Source of the DNA: a virus
Reading direction: 5' to 3' (one strand)
IMG/VR virus record: IMGVR_UViG_3300046616_000032
Location: 1-50,026 of that record
Length of the DNA: 50,026 nt
Under the pieces are notes generated by a model that was not told where the DNA came from, ran no database searches, and saw nothing but the letters and a program-made list of their open reading frames with translations. Made by a program: the position numbers and the translations under genes. Below are positions 19,388 through 27,817 of this stretch, piece by piece (the stretch's first letter is position 1; the number at the start of each line of letters is the position of its first letter).

Positions 19388-22008
19388 TGGCAATGTTCTA
19401 TCAGGAACCTAATCCGACTAACGACCCCAACTATCTCGGTTCTTCCAAGGAGCCGGATCGCGTCCAAGCCGATACGTCCTTGGGCAGCCTCTTCGAGAAC
19501 ATCGGGGGCGTTGCCAACAAGGTTGGACCGGCTGTTGAGAACATCTTCAAGGAACATATCAAGGACGATGCCCACAAGCTCATCGATCCTGTCATGGCTG
19601 AACATGGCACCGGTATGTCCCTTGAGGAAGTCCAAGGCGTAGCAGGCACTGGGGCGAAGGGACGTGTCCGTGCGCTTCAGATGAACCAAGGCGCTCCGAC
19701 GTATGACGACGGTGCAGGTGGTGGCAACTGGGAAACCGGCACAGGCGCCGAGGGTGGTGATGGCCCGGGCGGCAGTATTTTCCAGCCTGAAGCCAAGCCC
19801 CTGCCTCAGGGAGCCCAGCAACAGATCGGCGGTCTTCAGCGTCTCAACAAAGCCTATGCCGCTGGCAACCTCTCCGACAGCTACTACAATGCTCAGCTTC
19901 TGGCTACCACGAAGCAGCTTCGTGCTCAGTACCCCGGCTTCAGGGATGAAGTCGATCAGGCTGTGTCGAGTATTACTGGTGTCCAGCCTGCTAACGCTCT
20001 GCGTGCCAGCCTCCAGCGGGACATCCAGTACAACCAAGCCGCTGCGATGGCTAACGCCAACAACGACCAGAAGTTCAGGGAAAAATATCTTCCCGAGATT
20101 GGGGCCTTAGGTCTTGACGCTCAGAACACTCCGATTGAAGTCCTGCGCCCTGCTGTTCAGGAATACGTCGGTAACCGTGAACTCCTGAAGGCCCAGCAGC
20201 TCAAAGCGGAAGTAGGTAGCCCTCAGGCTGAGGCTGCTCTCAGCGATAGCATCGCCCGTGTCGTCCAGCAGAGCATTGTCGCAGAAGGCAATCGGGCTAC
20301 TAAGGGCATGACCGTTACGGACTTCGACAAGCAGGCTGCTACACTGGCTGCCCGTGGTGCTGATCCGAAGGAGGTAGACGCCCTAGTTAACCAGATGACT
20401 ATCCGCCGTGGCCAGCTCGAACAGGAAATCCGTCAGATGGCCTACAAGCCCCTAGAGGGCGACAAAGAAGGCCATAGCCTTGTCTCGAAGACCAAGGATG
20501 GCGACACCAAGCTTGCGGCTATTATTCAGGCCCAGTTGAAGCCGTATGATGATCGTATCGCTCTGGCTAAGTCCGGTAACTTCTCGGCGCTTGAGCGTGT
20601 CACTAACATGAACAAGTATCAGTCCCAGACGGACATGCAGCGTTTGACTACGGCCTTCCCTCAGGCCCGTGTCGCTGCGGCTATCAACAACTCCTTCCCG
20701 AACAATCCCCTGATGGTCAACCAGTTCATGGAGAAATCAACCATCCTTGGTGACTTCGGCAATGCCGTCAAGACCGGTTTGGGTAACGCCATCATCAACG
20801 GCACCCCGAGCACTCCTGCTCCTACTCCGTCTCAGGCTACGACGTTCTACCCCAAGGACGTGCCGACTAGTGCTGTCTATCGTGAGACCATGAAGCAGTA
20901 CGACCGAGTGATCTCGCCAGAGAACAAGAACTTCGAGAACGCAGCGCACGTCGCTGGTCAGTTTTTCGGGGACCAGAAGTTCTATGACGACCTCAACGAC
21001 AGTGGTCGATTGAAGTTGTTCATGACGATGGCCCATCCCGACAAGACGAAGTACATCAAGAGCCTCGGCGAGGAAACGTTCCAGAAGTATCAGCAGTGGG
21101 CTCAGTACGCCGCTGGCGACATCTGGCGCCGTAACTCCGATGACCTTCAGTCGATGATTACGACCAAGGGCATTGACCTTCGTTTCAATCCGACTACGCT
21201 TCAGTTCGAGTACACGCCTCCGAAGACCAACGGAGAAACCGGCATCCCGACTGCCAGCAACGGCCAGCAGCTTCAGCAGAAGGTCCAGTCGATCAACAAC
21301 GCTATTACTATGCTCCGGCCTATCGTTGGCGACAACGGCCCGAAGATCATGAACGCTCTTGGCATCGATCCCTCGGCTGCCAAGGAAGACGGGCTCATCG
21401 ACCGTATCTCCAAGGCTGTCCAAGGCAAGTGGGAAGACTGGACGACTGAAGGCGAACGTGAGGCTATCAAGTCCGGTACGGCTCCTGCTAAGGCTCCTAC
21501 GCCCGGCAAGCAGTCCATGAACGAACTCCCGGCTGCGGCCCTCCGTGAGGTCACTGCACAGGCTGAGAGCGGTGGTGACTACAACGCTGTCTTCGGCATG
21601 GGTCGTAACTCCTCCCGTGACCTCTCCGGCCATACCGTAGGCGAGATCATGGCTATGCAGAAGCACTACACCGACAGCGGCAGTCCTTCGAGTGCCGTAG
21701 GCAAATACCAGTTCCTCCGTAAGACACTGGCCAGCCTCGTCAAGGAAGGTGCGATAGCTGCCGACGAGCCCTTCACGGCCGATGTCCAAGAGCGTGCTTT
21801 TACTGCTCTGGCCAACCGCCGGGGCATGGGGAAGTATCTCTCCGGCCAGATGGACGAGAACTCCTTCATGAACTCACTGGCTCAGGAATGGGCTGGCCTG
21901 CCGACGACCAACGGTATGTCGTTCTATCAGGGCGATGGTCTCAACAAGGCAACTGTGACCCCTAAGGCGGTCAAAGACGCCTTGGCTAGACTAAGGCAAG
22001 AAGGCTAA
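19387..22008 (+). CDS. internal virion protein with C-terminal lysozyme/transglycosylase-like domain
   Basis: 873 aa. The C terminus carries EVTAQAESGGDYNAVFG ... AVGKYQFLRKTL ... EWAGLP, a pattern typical of phage muramidase/transglycosylase domains. ATGA-type junction with the 1907-aa gene. Confidence 0.65.
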   Translation: MAMFYQEPNPTNDPNYLGSSKEPDRVQADTSLGSLFENIGGVANKVGPAVENIFKEHIKDDAHKLIDPVMAEHGTGMSLEEVQGVAGTGAKGRVRALQMNQGAPTYDDGAGGGNWETGTGAEGGDGPGGSIFQPEAKPLPQGAQQQIGGLQRLNKAYAAGNLSDSYYNAQLLATTKQLRAQYPGFRDEVDQAVSSITGVQPANALRASLQRDIQYNQAAAMANANNDQKFREKYLPEIGALGLDAQNTPIEVLRPAVQEYVGNRELLKAQQLKAEVGSPQAEAALSDSIARVVQQSIVAEGNRATKGMTVTDFDKQAATLAARGADPKEVDALVNQMTIRRGQLEQEIRQMAYKPLEGDKEGHSLVSKTKDGDTKLAAIIQAQLKPYDDRIALAKSGNFSALERVTNMNKYQSQTDMQRLTTAFPQARVAAAINNSFPNNPLMVNQFMEKSTILGDFGNAVKTGLGNAIINGTPSTPAPTPSQATTFYPKDVPTSAVYRETMKQYDRVISPENKNFENAAHVAGQFFGDQKFYDDLNDSGRLKLFMTMAHPDKTKYIKSLGEETFQKYQQWAQYAAGDIWRRNSDDLQSMITTKGIDLRFNPTTLQFEYTPPKTNGETGIPTASNGQQLQQKVQSINNAITMLRPIVGDNGPKIMNALGIDPSAAKEDGLIDRISKAVQGKWEDWTTEGEREAIKSGTAPAKAPTPGKQSMNELPAAALREVTAQAESGGDYNAVFGMGRNSSRDLSGHTVGEIMAMQKHYTDSGSPSSAVGKYQFLRKTLASLVKEGAIAADEPFTADVQERAFTALANRRGMGKYLSGQMDENSFMNSLAQEWAGLPTTNGMSFYQGDGLNKATVTPKAVKDALARLRQEG

Positions 22009-22013
22009 AAGAA

Positions 22014-22048
22014 AGGCCCCTAAGGAGAAATCCCTAGGGGCCTTTTTG
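22014..22048. terminator. bidirectional rho-independent terminator between the convergent gene blocks
   Basis: AGGCCCCTA(a)GG-agaaat-CC(c)TAGGGGCCT followed by TTTTTG on the + strand. The complement is followed by TTTCTTTT on the - strand. Confidence 0.8.
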
Positions 22049-22267
22049 TTACCATGCCTCGCTTAGATGGTGTGCGACATCAAGCCAGAGTTGGCGTTCG
22101 TCGTACTCTAATCGAAGGCGTGCATCTTTGAGATTAATTTCAATGGTGTGTTTGAGTTCTCGGTAGGCTTGGTACCCTCGGTAATACTTTTTAAGGAAAT
22201 GAACATGAGGGTGTCCATTAACTTTGATAAGTACGTAGTCACTGTCGAACTCAGACGTGACATTCAC
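22049..22267 (-). CDS. hypothetical protein (72 aa)
   Basis: Last gene of the minus-strand block, with a 4-nt overlap with the upstream gene. Confidence 0.55.
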   Translation of the reverse strand: MNVTSEFDSDYVLIKVNGHPHVHFLKKYYRGYQAYRELKHTIEINLKDARLRLEYDERQLWLDVAHHLSEAW

Positions 22268-22554
22268 CCCATGACCTCCATGATCTTCTTCTGCATCTCA
22301 GGCACGAACCGTTCCTTGATCTTCAGCCGAACATCGATGAGTTCTAGGGCGTCCGCCGGTACACCAAAAGGTAGGCTACGGCTAGTGCTATCAAAGAACA
22401 AATCCAGAATATATTCGGCTCGACGGGCTTGGACGTTGTACTTGCTGTATACTTTAAGTTTAGCCTTGCGAGGGCTGTCTTCATATAGTCTCGAAAACCA
22501 CTTATGGAGTTGCTCGATTTCTTCTTGGAGGAACTTCTCAGGATCGTGGATCAT
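22264..22554 (-). CDS. hypothetical protein (96 aa)
   Basis: Its ATG shares a base with the TGA of the upstream small ORF (TGATG). Confidence 0.6.
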   Translation of the reverse strand: MIHDPEKFLQEEIEQLHKWFSRLYEDSPRKAKLKVYSKYNVQARRAEYILDLFFDSTSRSLPFGVPADALELIDVRLKIKERFVPEMQKKIMEVMG

Positions 22555-22712
22555 CAGATGTCCTTGATGGTCGGATGCCGAATGCGCATCTCGTACTCTT
22601 GGGTGTCGGTGTTGAAGTCAATAGCCACGAACACCAACTCACCATTGTAGTCAACGCCGAAGTCTCGGAATTCTTCGTAGACTTCACGAGGAATAGTGAA
22701 TTGTTGTGTCAT
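22554..22712 (-). CDS. hypothetical protein (52 aa)
   Basis: Hand-translated: MTQQFTIPREVYEEFRDFGVDYNGELVFVAIDFNTDTQEYEMRIRHPTIKDI. Its stop overlaps the next ATG. Fills an otherwise empty gap in a compact operon. Confidence 0.45.
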   Translation of the reverse strand: MTQQFTIPREVYEEFRDFGVDYNGELVFVAIDFNTDTQEYEMRIRHPTIKDI

Positions 22713-22748
22713 GGATACGCCTCACGCCACAGGAGTTTGTCAAGCTCG

Positions 22749-23093
22749 TCACGGCTTAGGCCGGTCGTCATTGCCTTGCTTTCGGAGTTCATAGGCAAGT
22801 AGAAAGAGAATGTCACATGCATCATGGGCGAGGTGGTGGATTTTGCTATCTTCTGCCACCGTCGCACCTTTCTGCCACCAATCGACTTTATGGCGGAGAC
22901 TAGCGTCGAAAAGTCGTCCGTAGTCCATTCCTTTTTCCCAGTTACGGTCAGCATACTTTTCTGCTCCAAACATCAAAACCTTAACGACTTCCTCGACTGC
23001 ATCCCAAGGCAGCAACGACCAGCGAAGCTTGCCTGCGTCCTTCTTGACACCGCCCTTGGAAATGTCGTCGCCTTCTCTGAGTTGTTCAACCAT
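22749..23093 (-). CDS. dATP/dGTP diphosphohydrolase-like (MazG/MazZ-type N-terminal domain, DUF5664-like) protein
   Basis: KLRWSLLPWDAVEEVVKVLMFGAEKYADRNWEKG...LRH...DSKIHHLAHDACDILFLL matches the conserved pattern of this family. The start is placed at the ATG (MVEQL) overlapping the upstream stop; the track ORF extends to 23159. Confidence 0.65.
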   Translation of the reverse strand: MVEQLREGDDISKGGVKKDAGKLRWSLLPWDAVEEVVKVLMFGAEKYADRNWEKGMDYGRLFDASLRHKVDWWQKGATVAEDSKIHHLAHDACDILFLLAYELRKQGNDDRPKP

Positions 23094-23451
23094 AGATGAT
23101 TTTATACTCCGGGTAACGTGCTTGGATTGCAACAGCGGCTGCATGCTCGGCTCGGGCACCAGAGGACTTCTCCCAGCCCGGGAGCAGATAGATGCCGTCG
23201 GAGTTAACGACTTTGTCGAGGTCCCACGTAAACGCTTCCTTGAAGTCCCAGCCTGACTTCATCAGGGCTTGGTCATCGCCTTTCTCCCAGCCAGCACCAC
23301 CGACGACACCAGCTTCCTCGTCCTTGTTAGCGGGGTTCCAAACCTTCCAGCCTTGCTTCTCAAGAGTGTACTGCGCCGTAAAGAAAGCCGGGAAGTTGAA
23401 CTCCGGGTAACCGGTCATAGGGCCTGCGATGTAAATACTTTTACCGAGCAT
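23086..23451 (-). CDS. DUF4406-type nucleoside 2-deoxyribosyltransferase-like protein
   Basis: 121 aa. N-terminal SIYIAGPMTGYPEFNFPAFF...GWKVWNPA is the hallmark of the DUF4406/NDT-like fold. Confidence 0.65.
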   Translation of the reverse strand: MLGKSIYIAGPMTGYPEFNFPAFFTAQYTLEKQGWKVWNPANKDEEAGVVGGAGWEKGDDQALMKSGWDFKEAFTWDLDKVVNSDGIYLLPGWEKSSGARAEHAAAVAIQARYPEYKIIYG

Positions 23452-23911
23452 ATGCTTTCAATCCTTCTACTAGGGCTTCTTCCGAATGAAATACGTCAGT
23501 AGCGAAGTTGTGCATAACGTCATACCGCTCAGGAACAGCGTCAAATAGGATAAATCCCGGCTTACCTGTTCCAACGAAGTAACCCAATTCGAGATGGCCA
23601 GACTTACCAGCAGGCATGACCAAGACAGCAAGGTCACACCGGTCAAGATGGTGTTTGTCAAAAGCAAAGACATGCCGAGCCGCGAAGCCGTAAAGGGCGG
23701 ACTTGTGGTCCCGCCCCCTGAGGTTTTCGTAGTCTCGCCACTTGTCGTCTGCTTCATGACCGGCTCCGTACCAATCGTCAAAGGCATCAAATCCTTCGGC
23801 CCGTAGGGTGTTTCCGATGTCTGGGATACGATCATTTCTGAGGCTTCCGATCAGGTAGACTGAGGTCACTTCATTACTTTCTTCTGTAGGATGGTTACCT
23901 TGCGGATACAC
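23441..23911 (-). CDS. nucleoside 2-deoxyribosyltransferase-like protein
   Basis: VYLIGSLRN...DLAVLVMPAGKSGHLELGYFVGTGKPGFILFD shows a Rossmann-like start and a Glu-containing C-terminal motif, as in the NDT/Rcl family. An alternative GTG start at 23869 would form GTGA with the upstream stop. Confidence 0.6.
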   Translation of the reverse strand: MYPQGNHPTEESNEVTSVYLIGSLRNDRIPDIGNTLRAEGFDAFDDWYGAGHEADDKWRDYENLRGRDHKSALYGFAARHVFAFDKHHLDRCDLAVLVMPAGKSGHLELGYFVGTGKPGFILFDAVPERYDVMHNFATDVFHSEEALVEGLKAYAR

Positions 23912-24141
23912 CCTTTGAGGATAACCATGAAGTCCGCGATCTTGTGGTCGTCTTTACCGGCTGGATGCCACGTCTGAGCGAGTACAAGCTTGGACTTCTG
24001 ATCCCCAATGACGAGACCAACACTGGAACAGATGATCTCGTTAAAGGGCTCTGTGTTGACCTCTGAGTAATACTGCCACCCGTTGTTAACCGAGTAGTGG
24101 TCTTCCCAATCAATTCGTACGACATGTCCACGAAGGCTCAT
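23866..24141 (-). CDS. hypothetical protein (91 aa)
   Basis: 4-nt overlap with the upstream gene. Beta-rich sequence. Confidence 0.55.
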   Translation of the reverse strand: MSLRGHVVRIDWEDHYSVNNGWQYYSEVNTEPFNEIICSSVGLVIGDQKSKLVLAQTWHPAGKDDHKIADFMVILKGCIRKVTILQKKVMK

Positions 24142-24395
24142 TTGCGCTTTGGCTGCTTCTTACGGTTGGTTTCACGGGAGACGACACGGAGATTACCGGG
24201 TGCCGTGGTTTCTTTGTTGACCTTGCCACCTTTACCGCCAAGGAACTTCTTGTGATCGACTTCCTTGCCGTCGCCCTTGTGGACCTTGCCCTTCTTCTCC
24301 ATCAGCCTGCGAGCCTTGTTACGGGCTGCGCGGGCTTTCTTTTGTTTGGGCTGTGCCTCCCATGCGGCTTCCTTCTCGGGGTTAGGATGCGGCAT
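24138..24395 (-). CDS. small highly basic protein with HNH-like DH...N...N motif
   Basis: 85 aa. EVDHKKFLGGKGGKVNKETTAPGNLRVVSRETNRKK resembles the DH-x-GG-x-NL-x-N core of HNH nucleases but has no Cys ligands. Confidence 0.35.
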   Translation of the reverse strand: MPHPNPEKEAAWEAQPKQKKARAARNKARRLMEKKGKVHKGDGKEVDHKKFLGGKGGKVNKETTAPGNLRVVSRETNRKKQPKRK

Positions 24396-24745
24396 TACGC
24401 AGGCACGCGGTCAAGCAGACGGTCAATGGCTTCAGGAGACGTCGGACCCAGACGGTTGATGAAGCAACCATTCTGATAGACGTTGATGGCGCGGATGTTC
24501 TCCTTGGCGACCAATTCCATCTCGATCTCTGCGTCGGGCACAGCGTTCGGGGGAACGCCCTTCTTGTCGAGGACCTTGGCGATCTCTGCCTTAGTCAGAT
24601 CATAGACCTCGACGCCTTCGATCTTCGCCATCTCTTCGCGGGCTTCAACCTTGCTGAGAGTGGTACACTCAGCGGCCTTCGAGTACGTGACACCAGCCAG
24701 ACCAAGGAAGATAATAGCAGCAGTAGTAATCAGGAACTTAATCAT
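24395..24745 (-). CDS. secreted or membrane-anchored protein (116 aa)
   Basis: N-terminal signal-like MIKFLITTAAIIFLGLAGVTYSKA. Confidence 0.55.
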   Translation of the reverse strand: MIKFLITTAAIIFLGLAGVTYSKAAECTTLSKVEAREEMAKIEGVEVYDLTKAEIAKVLDKKGVPPNAVPDAEIEMELVAKENIRAINVYQNGCFINRLGPTSPEAIDRLLDRVPA

Positions 24746-24983
24746 TCAGCTTCTCCGTTGAAAAATGGAAGGTGCCGAAGCGGTCACCAACACCGAAATA
24801 AGAGACTTCTTCGTCGTCATCAATCATACTCGTCGCCAGCAGGAACATCGTCAGAGCCGCTTGGACGTGTTCCCGAGTAATACTCTTGAAGACTTTCTTT
24901 TTCGTCTTCGTAGTAGTCTCGTCTGCGGGCCTCAACAACTCGTTGTCGATACTTTCTTGATCCAAGGTCTTTCGCGATGACAT
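24738..24983 (-). CDS. hypothetical protein (81 aa)
   Basis: Its start shares a base with the TAA of the upstream small ORF (TAATG). Confidence 0.55.
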   Translation of the reverse strand: MSSRKTLDQESIDNELLRPADETTTKTKKKVFKSITREHVQAALTMFLLATSMIDDDEEVSYFGVGDRFGTFHFSTEKLND

Positions 24984-25156
24984 TATTCTTCCTCATCGAT
25001 TGGCTCTACAAGATTAAGAGTTTCAGGATCAACAATGCCGTAAGTAATCAGATATTCCAGAGCCTCTTCAGGGGTTACCTCAGCGGCTTCTAGAATTTCT
25101 TCTAGACTGTAGTTCTTAAGTAGCTGCTTGGATTTCATTTCCGCCTCGGTTGCCAT
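24983..25156 (-). CDS. hypothetical acidic protein (57 aa, or 51 aa from the ATG at 25138)
   Basis: Hand-translated: MATEAEMKSKQLLKNYSLEEILEAAEVTPEEALEYLITYGIVDPETLNLVEPIDEEE. GAGG lies upstream of the second ATG. Overlaps the end of the phosphoesterase gene. Confidence 0.45.
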   Translation of the reverse strand: MATEAEMKSKQLLKNYSLEEILEAAEVTPEEALEYLITYGIVDPETLNLVEPIDEEE

Positions 25157-25913
25157 ATTCTTTCCTCAGGCTATCTAGCCTAACCCATTGAAGGTCGTAC
25201 CCTCCGTTGTTGACGTGCCGCTTGATTACGACACCACGGTTCCAGAGCTTGCCTAGTTCATCACCAGCCCAATCATTGGTATAGTCTTGGAAGCACCCAA
25301 CGACTGTGCCTATAACCGGATTGCCTTGTAGATCGACATGCCAGCTAGTGTCAAAGAGGTGGCTGTGCCCACAAGTAGCAGAAGAAAACTTCTTTGTGGC
25401 AATAGCATAACCAGCATGGATGCCACCAAGAGGACGGCCAGCGATGCCCCCAACAAAGTAATGGGCATAAGTGATACCGTCGATTTCGATTGATCCGGGT
25501 GTTGCACCTGTATACCTCACTACGTCGTCGTAGTATTTATCCAACTCCAAATCTCGAAAGCTAATGGCGCCATCGAGTTCAGGAGAAAGATCGAGAGCAC
25601 GAGTAATCCGATGCTCGTGGTTGCCTTCGCAAAACACCGTTCTAGGCATCTTTTTCTTGAGGCGCTTAATAGGGGCAAACATCCGCTCCTGAAAGTCTAG
25701 GTGAGCCGCGACATCGGCTTTGTAGTTCCTGCCTTGGAATTGTCGCTTGCCTTTGTCGTAGGCTGACAGACTTGGGAGATCACACGAGTCGCCAATGTGA
25801 ATAAGTACATCAGGCTTAACATCGGCAATAAGCTGACCCAACCAATCAGCACGATCATTTGAGTAATCTGGGTGGGCGTGACTATCTGGGACGACGAGAT
25901 GGATTTTTCCCAC
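25116..25913 (-). CDS. calcineurin-like metallophosphoesterase
   Basis: 265 aa. Motifs VVPDSHAH, HIGDSCD, GNHEHR and GHSH. Confidence 0.75.
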   Translation of the reverse strand: MGKIHLVVPDSHAHPDYSNDRADWLGQLIADVKPDVLIHIGDSCDLPSLSAYDKGKRQFQGRNYKADVAAHLDFQERMFAPIKRLKKKMPRTVFCEGNHEHRITRALDLSPELDGAISFRDLELDKYYDDVVRYTGATPGSIEIDGITYAHYFVGGIAGRPLGGIHAGYAIATKKFSSATCGHSHLFDTSWHVDLQGNPVIGTVVGCFQDYTNDWAGDELGKLWNRGVVIKRHVNNGGYDLQWVRLDSLRKEYGNRGGNEIQAAT

Positions 25914-26232
25914 TCTTCTTCCTTTTCTTTTTCTTGGGTGGTACGAACCATCCTGTGTACGGGCCGCTTAGGTATTGACTTGCGTTGAGAAGAAGTTCGA
26001 CGCCACCAAGCTCTCTCCGATGTCTTCCAATGATGCGTCGGTTGCAGTGAGTACAGAGAAGGCCCCGGATTTCTCCCGTCGAATGGTCATGGTCAACGCA
26101 GAGCCGGGTTCTAAATTCCGAATGTAGTCGTTGGCAAACTCGGCAAGACCAATTCTGTCGTCGCAATAGATCATCGTATTGTTCCTCCGTTATACCGTAG
26201 GTTCGTCTAAGATGACTTGCTCTCGTCAACAC
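25882..26232 (-). CDS. recombination endonuclease VII
   Basis: 116 aa. CRVCQR...LCVDHDHSTGEIRGLLCTHCNRRI is the Endo VII signature. Confidence 0.8.
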   Translation of the reverse strand: MLTRASHLRRTYGITEEQYDDLLRRQNWSCRVCQRLHSEFRTRLCVDHDHSTGEIRGLLCTHCNRRIIGRHRRELGGVELLLNASQYLSGPYTGWFVPPKKKKRKKSGKNPSRRPR

Positions 26233-27028
26233 GCGGCTCCCTAGCTACGTGTGTCAGAAAGGTAGGTCCTCGTCCGTAATTGAAGGTCCTAAGGCCGGGC
26301 CAGCACAGGTCTTTGTGACTGCAATAGCTGCATTCAACGCCCAGCTTACGGTTGCCGGACTTGCCATCGGGTTTGTCTTCGAAAGCTCGCGGTGGAGGTT
26401 CAGGAGCTGCGAGGACGTCTCTAACAACTTCAATTCGTCTTTCGTAGTCAATGTCTGGGAGGTCATGCTTGTCCAGTGTGAGGTTGCCGAGGACTTTATC
26501 GACGGCTAGGAAGGCACCTTTCTTATGGCCCTTGGCCTTGCCGTAGCTTCCTAGTTGGGTTAGATACCCGAACGCATCGGTTTCAGGCGTAAGCCCCGCT
26601 TCAAACTTCTTGAAAGAGAACGGCGACGCGGACTTGACGTCAACCAGAGTATCGTCAACAACAGCATCGATGTGTCCTTTTACTCCGTTGAGTTCGACTT
26701 CGTGTTGTTCGTCTCGCACGTCATGTCCGGCCAGTCGGGCGAGAAACAATACGACTGCCTCGGTAATGTCTCCGATAAGGAACTTGATGCGGGCGGGACC
26801 TGACAACGGTTCACCCAACTCGGGAGCATGGACACGATACCAAAGCTGACGAAGGCAAGAACTGCCAAGGTTAGATAGTCGAAGGTATTGTTTGTCTTGT
26901 CTTCCAAGTCTTGCACTGAGGAGAGCTCCCAGCCGCTCCCCGAAGGCACGAGCCTCCTCCGGGGGTACGGTCGTTTCCTTATCGAACACGCCGTAGATGT
27001 CATCAATTAGCGTGTCGATGTTCTTCAT
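26207..27028 (-). CDS. PD-(D/E)XK nuclease, Cas4/RecB-like with Fe-S Cys cluster
   Basis: 273 aa. N-terminal Cys (LGSSCLRQLWY), HIDAVVDDTLVDVKS (D...D-x-K) and C-terminal CSYCSHKDLC (C-x2-C-x5-C). Confidence 0.6.
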   Translation of the reverse strand: MKNIDTLIDDIYGVFDKETTVPPEEARAFGERLGALLSARLGRQDKQYLRLSNLGSSCLRQLWYRVHAPELGEPLSGPARIKFLIGDITEAVVLFLARLAGHDVRDEQHEVELNGVKGHIDAVVDDTLVDVKSASPFSFKKFEAGLTPETDAFGYLTQLGSYGKAKGHKKGAFLAVDKVLGNLTLDKHDLPDIDYERRIEVVRDVLAAPEPPPRAFEDKPDGKSGNRKLGVECSYCSHKDLCWPGLRTFNYGRGPTFLTHVAREPRVDESKSS

Positions 27029-27477
27029 TAGACGGGCACTGCGACAGCGGGAGCAGGACGAGCCTGATCCTCAGGGCGTTGGTAGACGACAAGGTTGTCT
27101 ACATGCACCGAGACCCAGCGGAGTGCCTTACCGGGGCGGCCCTTGAACTCATAGTCGTAGACGTCAATACCAACCGTGGCCGTACTGCCATTGCCGATGG
27201 GCGTGCCTTCATCAACTCCTGTCACCGTCGGGGCACCGAGGTCACCCAGAGCCGAGGCACGCTCGTAACGACGCAGCGTCAACTTGTTGCCGTCCTTGAG
27301 CTTGGTCTTGGCACCGATGGCAGAGAACAATCGAATGCTAGGCTCGTCGAGGACGAGAACCATGTTCCAGTTGCCACCCTTGCCGTTATCCGGGTCTTCG
27401 TATTCACGGTCGATCTGACCCGGCCAAGGCTTGCACCACTCGGTAACGCCAGTCAGGTTGATACGCTTAGTAGCCAT
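27028..27477 (-). CDS. ssDNA-binding protein, T7 gp2.5-like (candidate)
   Basis: 149 aa. LTGVTEWCKPWPG...GGNWNMVLVL and GSTATVGIDVYDYEF...VSVHVDNLVVY parallel the gp2.5 OB-fold pattern. The C terminus is not acidic. Confidence 0.5.
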   Translation of the reverse strand: MATKRINLTGVTEWCKPWPGQIDREYEDPDNGKGGNWNMVLVLDEPSIRLFSAIGAKTKLKDGNKLTLRRYERASALGDLGAPTVTGVDEGTPIGNGSTATVGIDVYDYEFKGRPGKALRWVSVHVDNLVVYQRPEDQARPAPAVAVPV

Positions 27478-27559
27478 TACTTACCTCCACATACTTTCAT
27501 TAGAATTACTGCGAAGCCCACAAAGCCAATGCAGGCTAGAAATGCGTCTAGTGCTGATG

Positions 27560-27817
27560 TCAATTCAGTGTCTTGGGATCAGCCGAAGCGACGTCTTCGT
27601 CATCCTCAGGCAGGCCCATCATTGACTTGATGACAACAGCCTTCTCCTCATCCGACAACTCAGACACACCGAGGATTTTGAAGCCTTCGGTCGTATCAAG
27701 GACGTTCTCCTGTACGAGCTCTGCGGCGTTCTCAGCGGACTTAGCAACGACCAGAAGCTGGCTGCGCTGAAGGTATTCGACGTCAACCTTGAAGTAATTC
27801 GTCTCTACAATGCTCAA
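27560..27817 (-). CDS. hypothetical acidic protein (85 aa)
   Basis: 4-nt overlap with the DNA polymerase stop. Asp/Glu-rich C terminus. Confidence 0.55.
   Translation of the reverse strand: MSIVETNYFKVDVEYLQRSQLLVVAKSAENAAELVQENVLDTTEGFKILGVSELSDEEKAVVIKSMMGLPEDDEDVASADPKTLN

Noticed and set aside
22749-23093. A 2-aminoadenine (Z-genome) pathway, suggested by the MazZ-like diphosphohydrolase domain.
   Set aside because: No PurZ/adenylosuccinate-synthetase-like ORF and no DatZ-like HD dATPase is recognisable. The domain also occurs in phages with ordinary DNA.
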